Source: Acaryochloris marina MBIC11017 (GTDB lineage: Bacteria; Cyanobacteriota; Cyanobacteriia; Thermosynechococcales; Thermosynechococcaceae). From it: a stretch of DNA of 32,000 bases. Within the stretch, counting starts at the first letter, position 1. Each line of letters begins with the position of its first letter. A program made the position numbers and the translations under genes. A model generated the notes under the pieces. The model searched no databases, was not told the DNA's origin, and was given only the letters and a program-made list of their open reading frames with translations. The stretch is from the NCBI RefSeq assembly GCF_000018105.1, contig NC_009925.1:5790001-5822000 (forward strand), written 5' to 3'. Positions 25,446-32,000 of the stretch are shown one piece after another.

Positions 25446-25583
25446 CTATTGCCCAAGTACAACTAGAAGTGCGAGTAATACCAGTAGAGACATTAACGTA
25501 AATAAGCCCAACGGACTAAATTGCCAAAACTCAACGGTATTAGCAGAAAGAAGAACCAAAGAATTCAGAGAGCTATACACCAT
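25446..25583 (-). CDS. Candidate unlisted 45-aa membrane micro-protein
   Basis: On the minus strand, GGAG is followed by 7 nt and then ATG. The product is MVYSSLNSLVLLSANTVEFWQFSPLGLFTLMSLLVLLALLVVLGQ, ending at TAG. The C-terminal TM helix is clear. It falls below the 60-aa cut-off of the track. Confidence 0.3.
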   Translation of the reverse strand: MVYSSLNSLVLLSANTVEFWQFSPLGLFTLMSLLVLLALLVVLGQ

Positions 25584-25743
25584 AAGAAATCTCCTAGACA
25601 GCGCTTAAGTTCAAAGATGCTTGAGTTTTACCTCATTTGAAATTAATAAATATCTAATTGGCTTCTGAGTCGTCTATACCCTCATAGAGCTTGGACGAAG
25701 GGAAGATACTGCTTTGTGCATCACCCTGGGTCGGCAAAATGAT

Positions 25744-28218
25744 TTATGTCTCCTTCTCAGTATCAGCCTTCGGTATGACTACGGTGTTTTCCAAAACCTC
25801 TCCCCGCTTGGTTTTGAGTAATTGAGTCCCAGGACCATCCTGCCCCCACATGGGCAAAGTCTCAATATTTAACCGAGCGGCTCGCTCCTGATTACTGAGG
25901 ACAATCACATCTTGATTGGGATTGGCTGGCAACAACGCGATCAATCCATCCGATTTGATCATAAACTGCATTGCTTGAGTGCCTAGATCCCCCACTTTCC
26001 CTAACCGCAACAAATCAATGGGTAATCGTTTGCAATAGCCCTTACTAGATATCAGCAGCAAATCTGCATCGTCTCGAACTGCTGCTAATCCGACAATCGA
26101 TTCTTGCTTTCTTAACCGAAACACTTGATTGCCCTGGGCAGTGCGGCCCATTTCAGGAATCTCGGTTATGGGAATATTTAACAGGCGTCCTGAAGAGGTT
26201 GCGATCGCAACATTGGTTTCCTGCTCAGCTTTAACCACCCAGCCCAACTGATCCCCCGATTTAATCTTGGCAGCCCCCAATCCCCGACTCGTCATCTCGG
26301 CAAACTCGCTCATGGGCAGGCGCTTAATTTTGCCCTGTTGAGACAAAAGGATAAGCTGACTCGTATCGGAAATTTCAGTGCTGAGAAAGCGGGCAATAAT
26401 TTCGTCATCGCGTCCCGAATCGGGCAGCAGGGTGACTAAGGGTTTCCCCTTGCCTTTGCTTGAGGTAAATGGGATGGACTGTAACCCGACGCCATAGGCC
26501 TTGCCACTGCCCGTAAACAACAGTAGGTCTGTTGTCAGTTCTGTCGTATGCCGAAAAATGGTCAAATCTGTTGAAACGTCTGCTAGCTCCCCAGACAAAT
26601 CAGGTGCATTATTTTTACGCTTAGATACGCGCATGCAGCGAGCATACCCCCGCTGGTTCAGCTCCACAATCACAGATTCATCACTAACCGGTGCGGCGAA
26701 TATCTCGGTTTTAGCTGCGGCTCCATGGATAACAGTCCGCCGCGGATCGCTATATTGCTTTTTCAGGGCTCGTAGATCTTTCTTTAAGGCTTTTAAGAGT
26801 TCATGGCGATTCCCCAATAATCGTTCTAAATCGCCAATTTCCTGGGCCAAATCATCAAATTCTTGCCGGAGATTTTGTTGCTCTAACCCCGTCAATCGCC
26901 GCATCGGCATCGCTAAGATGGCATCGGCCTGACTGCCACTCAATTGGAATTGAGATTTGAGCTGAACTTTTGCCGTCGTCCCATCGGGGGCATGGCGAAG
27001 AATCTCGATTAGGTCATCTAAATGGTCGAGGGCTTTAATGAGTCCTTCGACTAAATGTTGGCGGCTTTGAGCTTGCTCTAACTGATTTTGATATCGGCGG
27101 GTTAAGGTCTGTTCTCGGAAATCAAGGAATTTCTGCAATACCTCCTTCAATGACAGCTGCAAGGGCACGCCATTGACCAGGGCCAACATAATCACCCCAA
27201 AATTTGATTGCAGAGGAGTAAGCCGATAAAGTTGCTCTAGCACAGCCGGGGGTTGCGCTTCCCGCTTCAACTCAATCACAATTCGCATCCCTTCGCGATC
27301 GCTTTCATCGCGCAGGTCTGCAATGCCTTCAATCCGACCCTGGTTAATTAAGCTAGCGATTTTTTCAATACAGCCTGCCTTATTTACCTGATAGGGCAGT
27401 TCCGTCACAATAATCACGGGACGGCGATGTCGGCCTCGGCCCGGCTGGATTTCCTCAATGGAGGTCACAGCTCGCACCGTGATGCTTCCCCGACCATTGG
27501 TGTAGGCGTCGATAATTCCCTGCTTGCCGACAATCTCCCCCCCTGTGGGAAAGTCCGGCCCAGGTACCAAGGCCATTAATTTTTCTAAGGTCATGTCTGG
27601 AGAATCAATCAGCGCCACCAGAGCATCAACAATCTCTCCCAAATTATGGGGAGGGATATTGGTCGCCATGCCCACTGCAATCCCCGAACAGCCGTTGAGG
27701 AGAAGGGTGGGGAGTTGGGCCGGTAAGACGGTGGGTTCTTGCTGGGAGTTATCAAAGTTGGCGGCAAATTCAACGGTGGATTCGCCAATTTCTTCTAAAA
27801 GGGACTGATTGCCAATGGGAGACAAGCGTGTTTCCGTGTATCGCATGGCAGCCGGTGGATCGTTATCCACAGAGCCAAAGTTGCCATGCCCCGCCAATAG
27901 AGGATACCGACTCGAAAAATCCTGAACCAGCCTGACTAAGGCATCATAAACCGCCTGATCGCCGTGGGGATGATATTTACCCAGCACATCCCCCACGACT
28001 CTGGCACATTTACGGTAGGGACGGTCTGGCGTTAGTCCTAGTTCGTGCATGGCGTAGAGAATGCGCCGATGCACGGGCTTTAATCCATCCCGGACATCGG
28101 GTAATGCGCGCCCGACGATCACGCTCATGGCATATTCCAAGTAGGACTGCTCCATCTCGGTATGCAAAGCCGTGGCGATGACTTTACCGGATGAGAGAAG
28201 ATTGAGTTGCTTGGACAT
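25744..28218 (-). CDS. Type IIA topoisomerase subunit A (GyrA/ParC family), ParC-like because no GyrA box is present
   Basis: N-terminal [29 protein letters not shown] and active-site AAMRYTE. It has a coiled-coil region and a beta-pinwheel C-terminal domain. No QRRGGKG-type motif occurs at the first blade ([21 protein letters not shown]). Confidence 0.9.
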   Translation of the reverse strand: MSKQLNLLSSGKVIATALHTEMEQSYLEYAMSVIVGRALPDVRDGLKPVHRRILYAMHELGLTPDRPYRKCARVVGDVLGKYHPHGDQAVYDALVRLVQDFSSRYPLLAGHGNFGSVDNDPPAAMRYTETRLSPIGNQSLLEEIGESTVEFAANFDNSQQEPTVLPAQLPTLLLNGCSGIAVGMATNIPPHNLGEIVDALVALIDSPDMTLEKLMALVPGPDFPTGGEIVGKQGIIDAYTNGRGSITVRAVTSIEEIQPGRGRHRRPVIIVTELPYQVNKAGCIEKIASLINQGRIEGIADLRDESDREGMRIVIELKREAQPPAVLEQLYRLTPLQSNFGVIMLALVNGVPLQLSLKEVLQKFLDFREQTLTRRYQNQLEQAQSRQHLVEGLIKALDHLDDLIEILRHAPDGTTAKVQLKSQFQLSGSQADAILAMPMRRLTGLEQQNLRQEFDDLAQEIGDLERLLGNRHELLKALKKDLRALKKQYSDPRRTVIHGAAAKTEIFAAPVSDESVIVELNQRGYARCMRVSKRKNNAPDLSGELADVSTDLTIFRHTTELTTDLLLFTGSGKAYGVGLQSIPFTSSKGKGKPLVTLLPDSGRDDEIIARFLSTEISDTSQLILLSQQGKIKRLPMSEFAEMTSRGLGAAKIKSGDQLGWVVKAEQETNVAIATSSGRLLNIPITEIPEMGRTAQGNQVFRLRKQESIVGLAAVRDDADLLLISSKGYCKRLPIDLLRLGKVGDLGTQAMQFMIKSDGLIALLPANPNQDVIVLSNQERAARLNIETLPMWGQDGPGTQLLKTKRGEVLENTVVIPKADTEKET

Positions 28219-28429
28219 GAGTGAGGTTCCTTCAGATCTGGCGAAATCAACGGGGTACAGGAAGGGGACAATCCAATTCTGCCCAACCCTCGCGAAAAGG
28301 CATCAGGCTACAATGCACTTGTACTATGGAAACCCCATTTTTCTCAACTCTGTCCATAAAACGCAATTTCTTAATCTGTTTGGGTTATCCCATCCTCTGA
28401 ACACATTAGCCCTTTCTAATCTCACCATC

Positions 28430-28693
28430 ATGCATCTGCTGTTGTCCCTGCTCTTTAGTCTAGGTATCGCTATTGCAGCAATTTTGTCTGTCCAAAATGC
28501 TACAGCGGTTTCGGTCAATTTTTTAGCTTGGCGCTCTGTTCCCATTCCCGTGGGGATTGTGTTGGGGTTCGCAACGGGGTTGGGCCTATTGGGCGGTGCG
28601 ATCGCAATCCCAATCTGGACCAAACGACTATCTCGCCGTCGGCGATATACCGAGTTTGAAGAGTCTGAATTTACTGAAGATAATTCCTATTGA
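28430..28693 (+). CDS. LapA/DUF1049-like small inner-membrane protein
   Basis: MHLLLSLLFSLGIAIAAILSVQNATAVSVNFLAWRSVPIPVGIVLGFATGLGLLGG...RRRR has the typical DUF1049 pattern. The track ORF from 28172 overlaps the topoisomerase start and is not credible as an N-terminus. Confidence 0.65.
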   Translation: MHLLLSLLFSLGIAIAAILSVQNATAVSVNFLAWRSVPIPVGIVLGFATGLGLLGGAIAIPIWTKRLSRRRRYTEFEESEFTEDNSY

Positions 28694-28754
28694 CGTTCCA
28701 TAACGCCAAGAGATGTTATCGAAACCCGACAGGCCCAAGCCTGAGTTTGCAGCC

Positions 28755-29177
28755 CTAATTCGAAGAGGTATGGGTTAATCGAAGGTAAATAGATCGTAAA
28801 TGCCCGGTACTATCAACGGGCGTCCGAGGCTGGGGCAGTTCATTATTAGGCCAGTTCGATAAGTCATGGCAAGGACATTCAGGGGAGGCGATACCTGCCA
28901 CTGGCAAACTCACCGGCATCTGACAGCGAGAACAATCCGTAATTTCCCATTGATCTGTCAATAGCTCTTCTATCGTGGGGACGACACCCTCCAAACAGCA
29001 TTCTCCAGATTCCGAACTTTGGATATATTGCCACAAAAATTCGAACTCAGGACTATAGTGCTCGCCCTGGATAACGCGCGGAACAGAGTAGGGTTTTTGT
29101 TGCAGACCTACCTGGATTGATTTACCCAACTGTAACCAAGAGGCTAGATAATCTTTAACTTGCTGTTGGGAAGCCAT
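28755..29177 (-). CDS. Hypothetical Cys-rich protein (140 aa)
   Basis: ATG start at 29177. Cys pattern is ECC...C-x2-C...C-x-C (GECCLEG, DCSRCQ, ECPCHD). I recognise no family. Confidence 0.55.
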   Translation of the reverse strand: MASQQQVKDYLASWLQLGKSIQVGLQQKPYSVPRVIQGEHYSPEFEFLWQYIQSSESGECCLEGVVPTIEELLTDQWEITDCSRCQMPVSLPVAGIASPECPCHDLSNWPNNELPQPRTPVDSTGHLRSIYLRLTHTSSN

Positions 29178-29287
29178 AATGCTTAAACCCCTTTTGGATC
29201 ACACACGGTTAGGGTGACTCTAACTCAAATTTTAGGATAATGACATCAGTCTCCAGATGGCGCTAAAAACACTTCAACACCTTATAG

Positions 29288-29887
29288 TCAGTCTCTTTTG
29301 GGACCGTCAAGGGGGACCATCGGAGTAACATAAATCCCTAAAGCTTTAAGATTTAGGGCATAACCCGCCGACACTAAATAAACTTGATCCGAGATCGCCC
29401 CAATCTGACGCAGCAATTCCCCCATGCGATCGCGAAATCGTCTCCCTAAGGGATACCCTGGCACCACCCCCCAGCCCGTCTCCTCACCCACAACAATAAT
29501 TTGGCACTCCGCTTGTGTCATGGCTTTCAACAACGTCTCTAAAGTAACTGCCCACAATTCAGCCTCCTGGTCCAAAATATTGGCCAGCCAAGTTCCTAAG
29601 GAGTCAATCAGCAAACAAATCGATTTAGGCTGGGCTTGAATTGTCTTGGCTAAATCCATCGGGGCATGTATGGTTTGCCAATTTGTAGGACGGCGCTGCT
29701 GATGGGCTTGGATCCGCGTTTGCCATTCCTCATCTTCAGGATAGTCTGCTGCCGTGGCCACATATATCACCGACCTATTAGACTGACCTGCCAAGTTTTC
29801 AGCCCATTCGCTCTTACCGGAGCGGGCTGGTCCTGTCACTAAAACTAAATGCCGATTATCCATAGCCTTTCCAGCATTTGTTTGCAT
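29288..29887 (-). CDS. cobU: Bifunctional adenosylcobinamide kinase / adenosylcobinamide-phosphate guanylyltransferase
   Basis: VLVTGPARSGKSEWAE P-loop near the N-terminus, and the length and layout are typical of CobU/CobP. The alternative ATG at 29863 (MDNRHLVLVTG) may be the true start. Confidence 0.8.
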   Translation of the reverse strand: MQTNAGKAMDNRHLVLVTGPARSGKSEWAENLAGQSNRSVIYVATAADYPEDEEWQTRIQAHQQRRPTNWQTIHAPMDLAKTIQAQPKSICLLIDSLGTWLANILDQEAELWAVTLETLLKAMTQAECQIIVVGEETGWGVVPGYPLGRRFRDRMGELLRQIGAISDQVYLVSAGYALNLKALGIYVTPMVPLDGPKRD

Positions 29888-30022
29888 AACACATCAACAC
29901 ATTCTCAAAAATCTACGCAAAATCTTTAGAGTCGGCCTTTCTGCTCCGAAACTTCGTACTTTGAGATAAGCTGCATTACGGGCACTATCCCTGATAATAA
30001 CTAGAGAGTTCAACCCCTTCCC

Positions 30023-30946
30023 GTGCAAAAAAAGTCTAACCGCTGGTTCATTTGGGTTTTTGTTGTTGTTGCCGTTGTCGCCTTAGTTGGATTTTCCTTC
30101 GGCTCGATCTTCGATAGCCTCCTTAGCTCCCGCCCTTCTCCTTCTCCCACTGTTCCAACCCCAGGTACAACTCCAACTCCACCGGTCGTATCAGATATTG
30201 AGAAGAAAAACTTGAAAGACCTTGAAAACGGTTACTTGCAAATCTTAGAGAAAGAACCAGACAATCCAGATGCTTTGCGCGGTTTGGCCGAAGCCCGGAG
30301 TCAAATGATTAAAATCGGTCTAAAAACCGAAAAAGATCTGCTGGACCCTTTAGAAAAACTGGTTGAGCTGAATCCAGAACAGACTCAATACCAAGTACTT
30401 CTCGCCCAAACCCTGCAAAAAACGGGTAAACGGGAAAGCGCGGCTCAAACCTATCGGAGTATTCTAGCCACTGAACCTGGCAATATGGATGCCCTCCAAG
30501 GATTTGTCAATCTATTGGTCGAACAGCAAAGACCCTCCGCTGCCACCGAACTCCTACAGACAACCCTTAAAAATGCTCCTCAAGCCAATCAGGTAAAGCC
30601 CAACAGTATTAATGAAAGTGCAGTCCAACTCCTACTCGGGCAAGTCTATGCCACCCAAAGGCAATTCGATCAAGCCGTTGGCGTCTACGACAAACTTATT
30701 GCTAAAGATCCTAACGATTTTCGCCCAGTTTTTGCCAAAGCAATCCTTTTAAGGGAACAAGGGAAAACCAAAGAAGCTGATATCCTCTTTAACTCAGCCG
30801 AAAAATTAGCCCCTGGCCAATATAAAGATCAAATAAAAGCTGCGGCCCAAAAGCCGAATGAAACACCTGAAGCTTCTCCCAGTTCCCAGTCTCCTAGCGC
30901 CAGTCCCCAACCCTCTCCCAGTTCAACACCAGGGACCCCTGAATAG
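30023..30946 (+). CDS. TPR-repeat protein with an N-terminal TM anchor and a Pro/Ser-rich tail
   Basis: GTG start. TM segment is WFIWVFVVVAVVALVGF. TPR-like helices include ALRGLAEA, AAQTYRSILATEPGNMDALQGF and AVGVYDKLIAKDPNDFRP. The tail is PSSQSPSASPQPSPSSTPGTPE. Confidence 0.8.
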   Translation: MQKKSNRWFIWVFVVVAVVALVGFSFGSIFDSLLSSRPSPSPTVPTPGTTPTPPVVSDIEKKNLKDLENGYLQILEKEPDNPDALRGLAEARSQMIKIGLKTEKDLLDPLEKLVELNPEQTQYQVLLAQTLQKTGKRESAAQTYRSILATEPGNMDALQGFVNLLVEQQRPSAATELLQTTLKNAPQANQVKPNSINESAVQLLLGQVYATQRQFDQAVGVYDKLIAKDPNDFRPVFAKAILLREQGKTKEADILFNSAEKLAPGQYKDQIKAAAQKPNETPEASPSSQSPSASPQPSPSSTPGTPE

Positions 30947-30950
30947 ACCT

Positions 30951-30986
30951 AAAAATTTCCCTAGCAACAGAGCGTTACTAGGGAAA
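30951..30986 (-). terminator. Rho-independent terminator for the cupin-iscA transcript
   Basis: The minus strand reads TTTCCCTAG-taacgctctgttg-CTAGGGAAA followed by TTTTT, 20 nt downstream of the iscA stop. The stem is 9 bp and could extend by an inner aac/gtt pairing. Confidence 0.5.
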
Positions 30987-31005
30987 ATGCAATATTCAGT
31001 TGTAT

Positions 31006-31332
31006 TTACCCCGCAATAGCAAAGGAATGTCCGCAGCTACAGGTCTCAATCGCATTTGGGTTGTAGAAGCGGAATCCTCCCCCCATCAGATCTTCGGTAT
31101 AGTCCAGGGTTAAACCAGAGAGGTATTTCATGCTTGCTTTTTCGACAACCACCTGAATGTCCTCACAATCAAAAACTTGATCGTCGGGTTGGGGCGATTC
31201 AGCAAATTGCATTTGATAGGCTAACCCTTTGCAGCCGCTGGCATCAACCACAATACGGAGCTGGCCACCTGGTAAATGCTTCCTTTGAAGGCGTTTTAAT
31301 TCACCTATGGCAGTAGGGCTGAGTTGAATCAT
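31006..31332 (-). CDS. iscA: Iron-sulfur cluster insertion/assembly protein, HesB/IscA family
   Basis: 108 aa with a conserved Cys in SGCKGL and a C-terminal CSCGHSF motif. Confidence 0.9.
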   Translation of the reverse strand: MIQLSPTAIGELKRLQRKHLPGGQLRIVVDASGCKGLAYQMQFAESPQPDDQVFDCEDIQVVVEKASMKYLSGLTLDYTEDLMGGGFRFYNPNAIETCSCGHSFAIAG

Positions 31333-31361
31333 ATTGAGTTGAGTATTCCAATCGCAAATGA

Positions 31362-31760
31362 CTATCGTGCGTAATCGTCATCAAAGCGCACAATATCATC
31401 TTCGCCTAAATACTCACCGTTTTGAACCTCAATCAAAACCAAAGGCACCATACCAGGATTCTCCAGCCGATGTTGGGTAAACCGAGGCACATAGGTAGAC
31501 TCATTCGCACTCAGCATCAAGTCTTCCTCGCCTCGCACAACTTTAGCGATACCGGCAATCACAATCCAATGCTCACTCCGATGATGATGCATTTGCAAGC
31601 TCAAACGGTGTCCAGGCTTCACCTCAATCCGCTTGATCTTATAGCCTTGGCCTTCTTCCAAAATCGTAAAGGATCCCCAAGGACGCAGTTCAGTTGCAGC
31701 GACACCTTGGTGGGTAGGCACAGGTGCTGCTAAAAGGTTAGATGGTTGAGTTTGGACCAC
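31362..31760 (-). CDS. Small cupin protein resembling the C-terminal domain of type II phosphomannose isomerase
   Basis: RPWGSFTILEEGQGYKIKRIEVKPGHRLSLQMHHHRSEHWIVIAG matches the ManC C-terminal cupin pattern. GTG start. Confidence 0.75.
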   Translation of the reverse strand: MVQTQPSNLLAAPVPTHQGVAATELRPWGSFTILEEGQGYKIKRIEVKPGHRLSLQMHHHRSEHWIVIAGIAKVVRGEEDLMLSANESTYVPRFTQHRLENPGMVPLVLIEVQNGEYLGEDDIVRFDDDYAR

Positions 31761-32000
31761 GGTTCCGACTTACCTCAATAGGGTTTTTCATTGGCATGAG
31801 TAGACAATTGCTTAATCAGGATAGGACGGGCCAAAATCCCCAATCGTCTAGGAATAATTTGATCGAATGCACTTGAGCGTTCAATGCATAACATTATGAT
31901 TTAAGCAACCAGAGGATTTTTTTTAGGTGATCTTTGTCACTAGCAAAGGTCAATTTATAAAAGCAAATATTTATTTACAGTGAATGCAAAAAAGATTAAG

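Noticed and set aside
25262-25462. 66-aa minus-strand ORF overlapping the HAD gene N-terminus
   Set aside because: It is out of frame with, and overlaps, the HAD start. It has no SD and an implausible composition. The 45-aa ORF at 25446-25583 is the better candidate in this gap.
26501-26932. 143-aa plus-strand ORF, and a similar one at 27524-27808, inside the topoisomerase gene
   Set aside because: They are antisense shadow ORFs within a strongly supported 824-aa CDS. Their sequences are Ser/Arg-rich and low-complexity, with no motifs or independent start signals.
28172-28429. N-terminal 86 codons of the track ORF 28172-28693
   Set aside because: This part overlaps the start of the divergent topoisomerase gene and has no membrane-protein character. 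The DUF1049-like protein begins naturally at the ATG at 28430.
28730-28748. Small GC hairpin CAGGC-ccaa-GCCTG followed by agttt, between the convergent genes at 28693 and 28755
   Set aside because: The stem is only 5 bp and the T-tract is poor. It might be a weak terminator, but it is too marginal to annotate.
29888-30022. Possible cobalamin riboswitch upstream of cobU
   Set aside because: The leader is only about 135 nt and I see no B12-box-like core. It is too short and lacks the conserved elements.
31984-32000. ATG at 31984 opening an ORF at the window edge
   Set aside because: Only 5 codons are visible and there is no SD, so it cannot be supported.
1-32000. Search for tRNA/rRNA genes, CRISPR arrays, transposases/IS ends, integrases, toxin-antitoxin pairs and known defence-system domains
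   Set aside because: I found nothing. No cloverleaf-like or rRNA-like segments occur in the intergenic gaps. There are no regularly spaced 25-40 nt repeats and no DDE, tyrosine-recombinase or nuclease-type ORFs. The accessory content of this window is the polysaccharide cluster, not a mobile element or defence island.

Overview
This window looks cyanobacterial. The HIP1 octamer GCGATCGC occurs 7 times, and pentapeptide-repeat, SLH and TPR proteins are present. Positions ~136-19831 form one minus-strand accessory cluster that looks like the machinery for a multiply sulfated, acetylated extracellular polysaccharide. It holds 7 glycosyltransferases (3 GT2-like, 4 GT4-like), 4 PAPS-type sulfotransferases of two sequence classes and a hexapeptide acetyltransferase. 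It also holds a HepA/MsbA-type fused ABC exporter, a Wzc-type co-polymerase/tyrosine kinase, and a Wzy/O-antigen-ligase-like polymerase split by a frameshift. I see no Wzx flippase, Wza/OPX outer-membrane exporter or priming phosphoglycosyl transferase in the window. The cluster is AT-rich and HIP1-poor compared with the flanking genes. Its larger intergenic gaps carry unexplained repeats: a duplicated hairpin with compensatory stem changes, three ATCAATCATT direct repeats, and NtcA-type GTA-N8-TAC boxes plus long palindromes in the 645-nt upstream region. Positions 20477-32000 are mostly housekeeping: a pentapeptide-repeat protein, an SLH lipoprotein and a HisC-like aminotransferase translationally coupled to a large HAD hydrolase. 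They also include a GyrA/ParC-family subunit A without a GyrA box, a LapA/DUF1049-like small membrane protein, CobU, a TPR protein, IscA/HesB and a small cupin. I found no rRNA, tRNA, CRISPR array or transposase. All calls come from reading the sequence and recognising motifs, with no database search.
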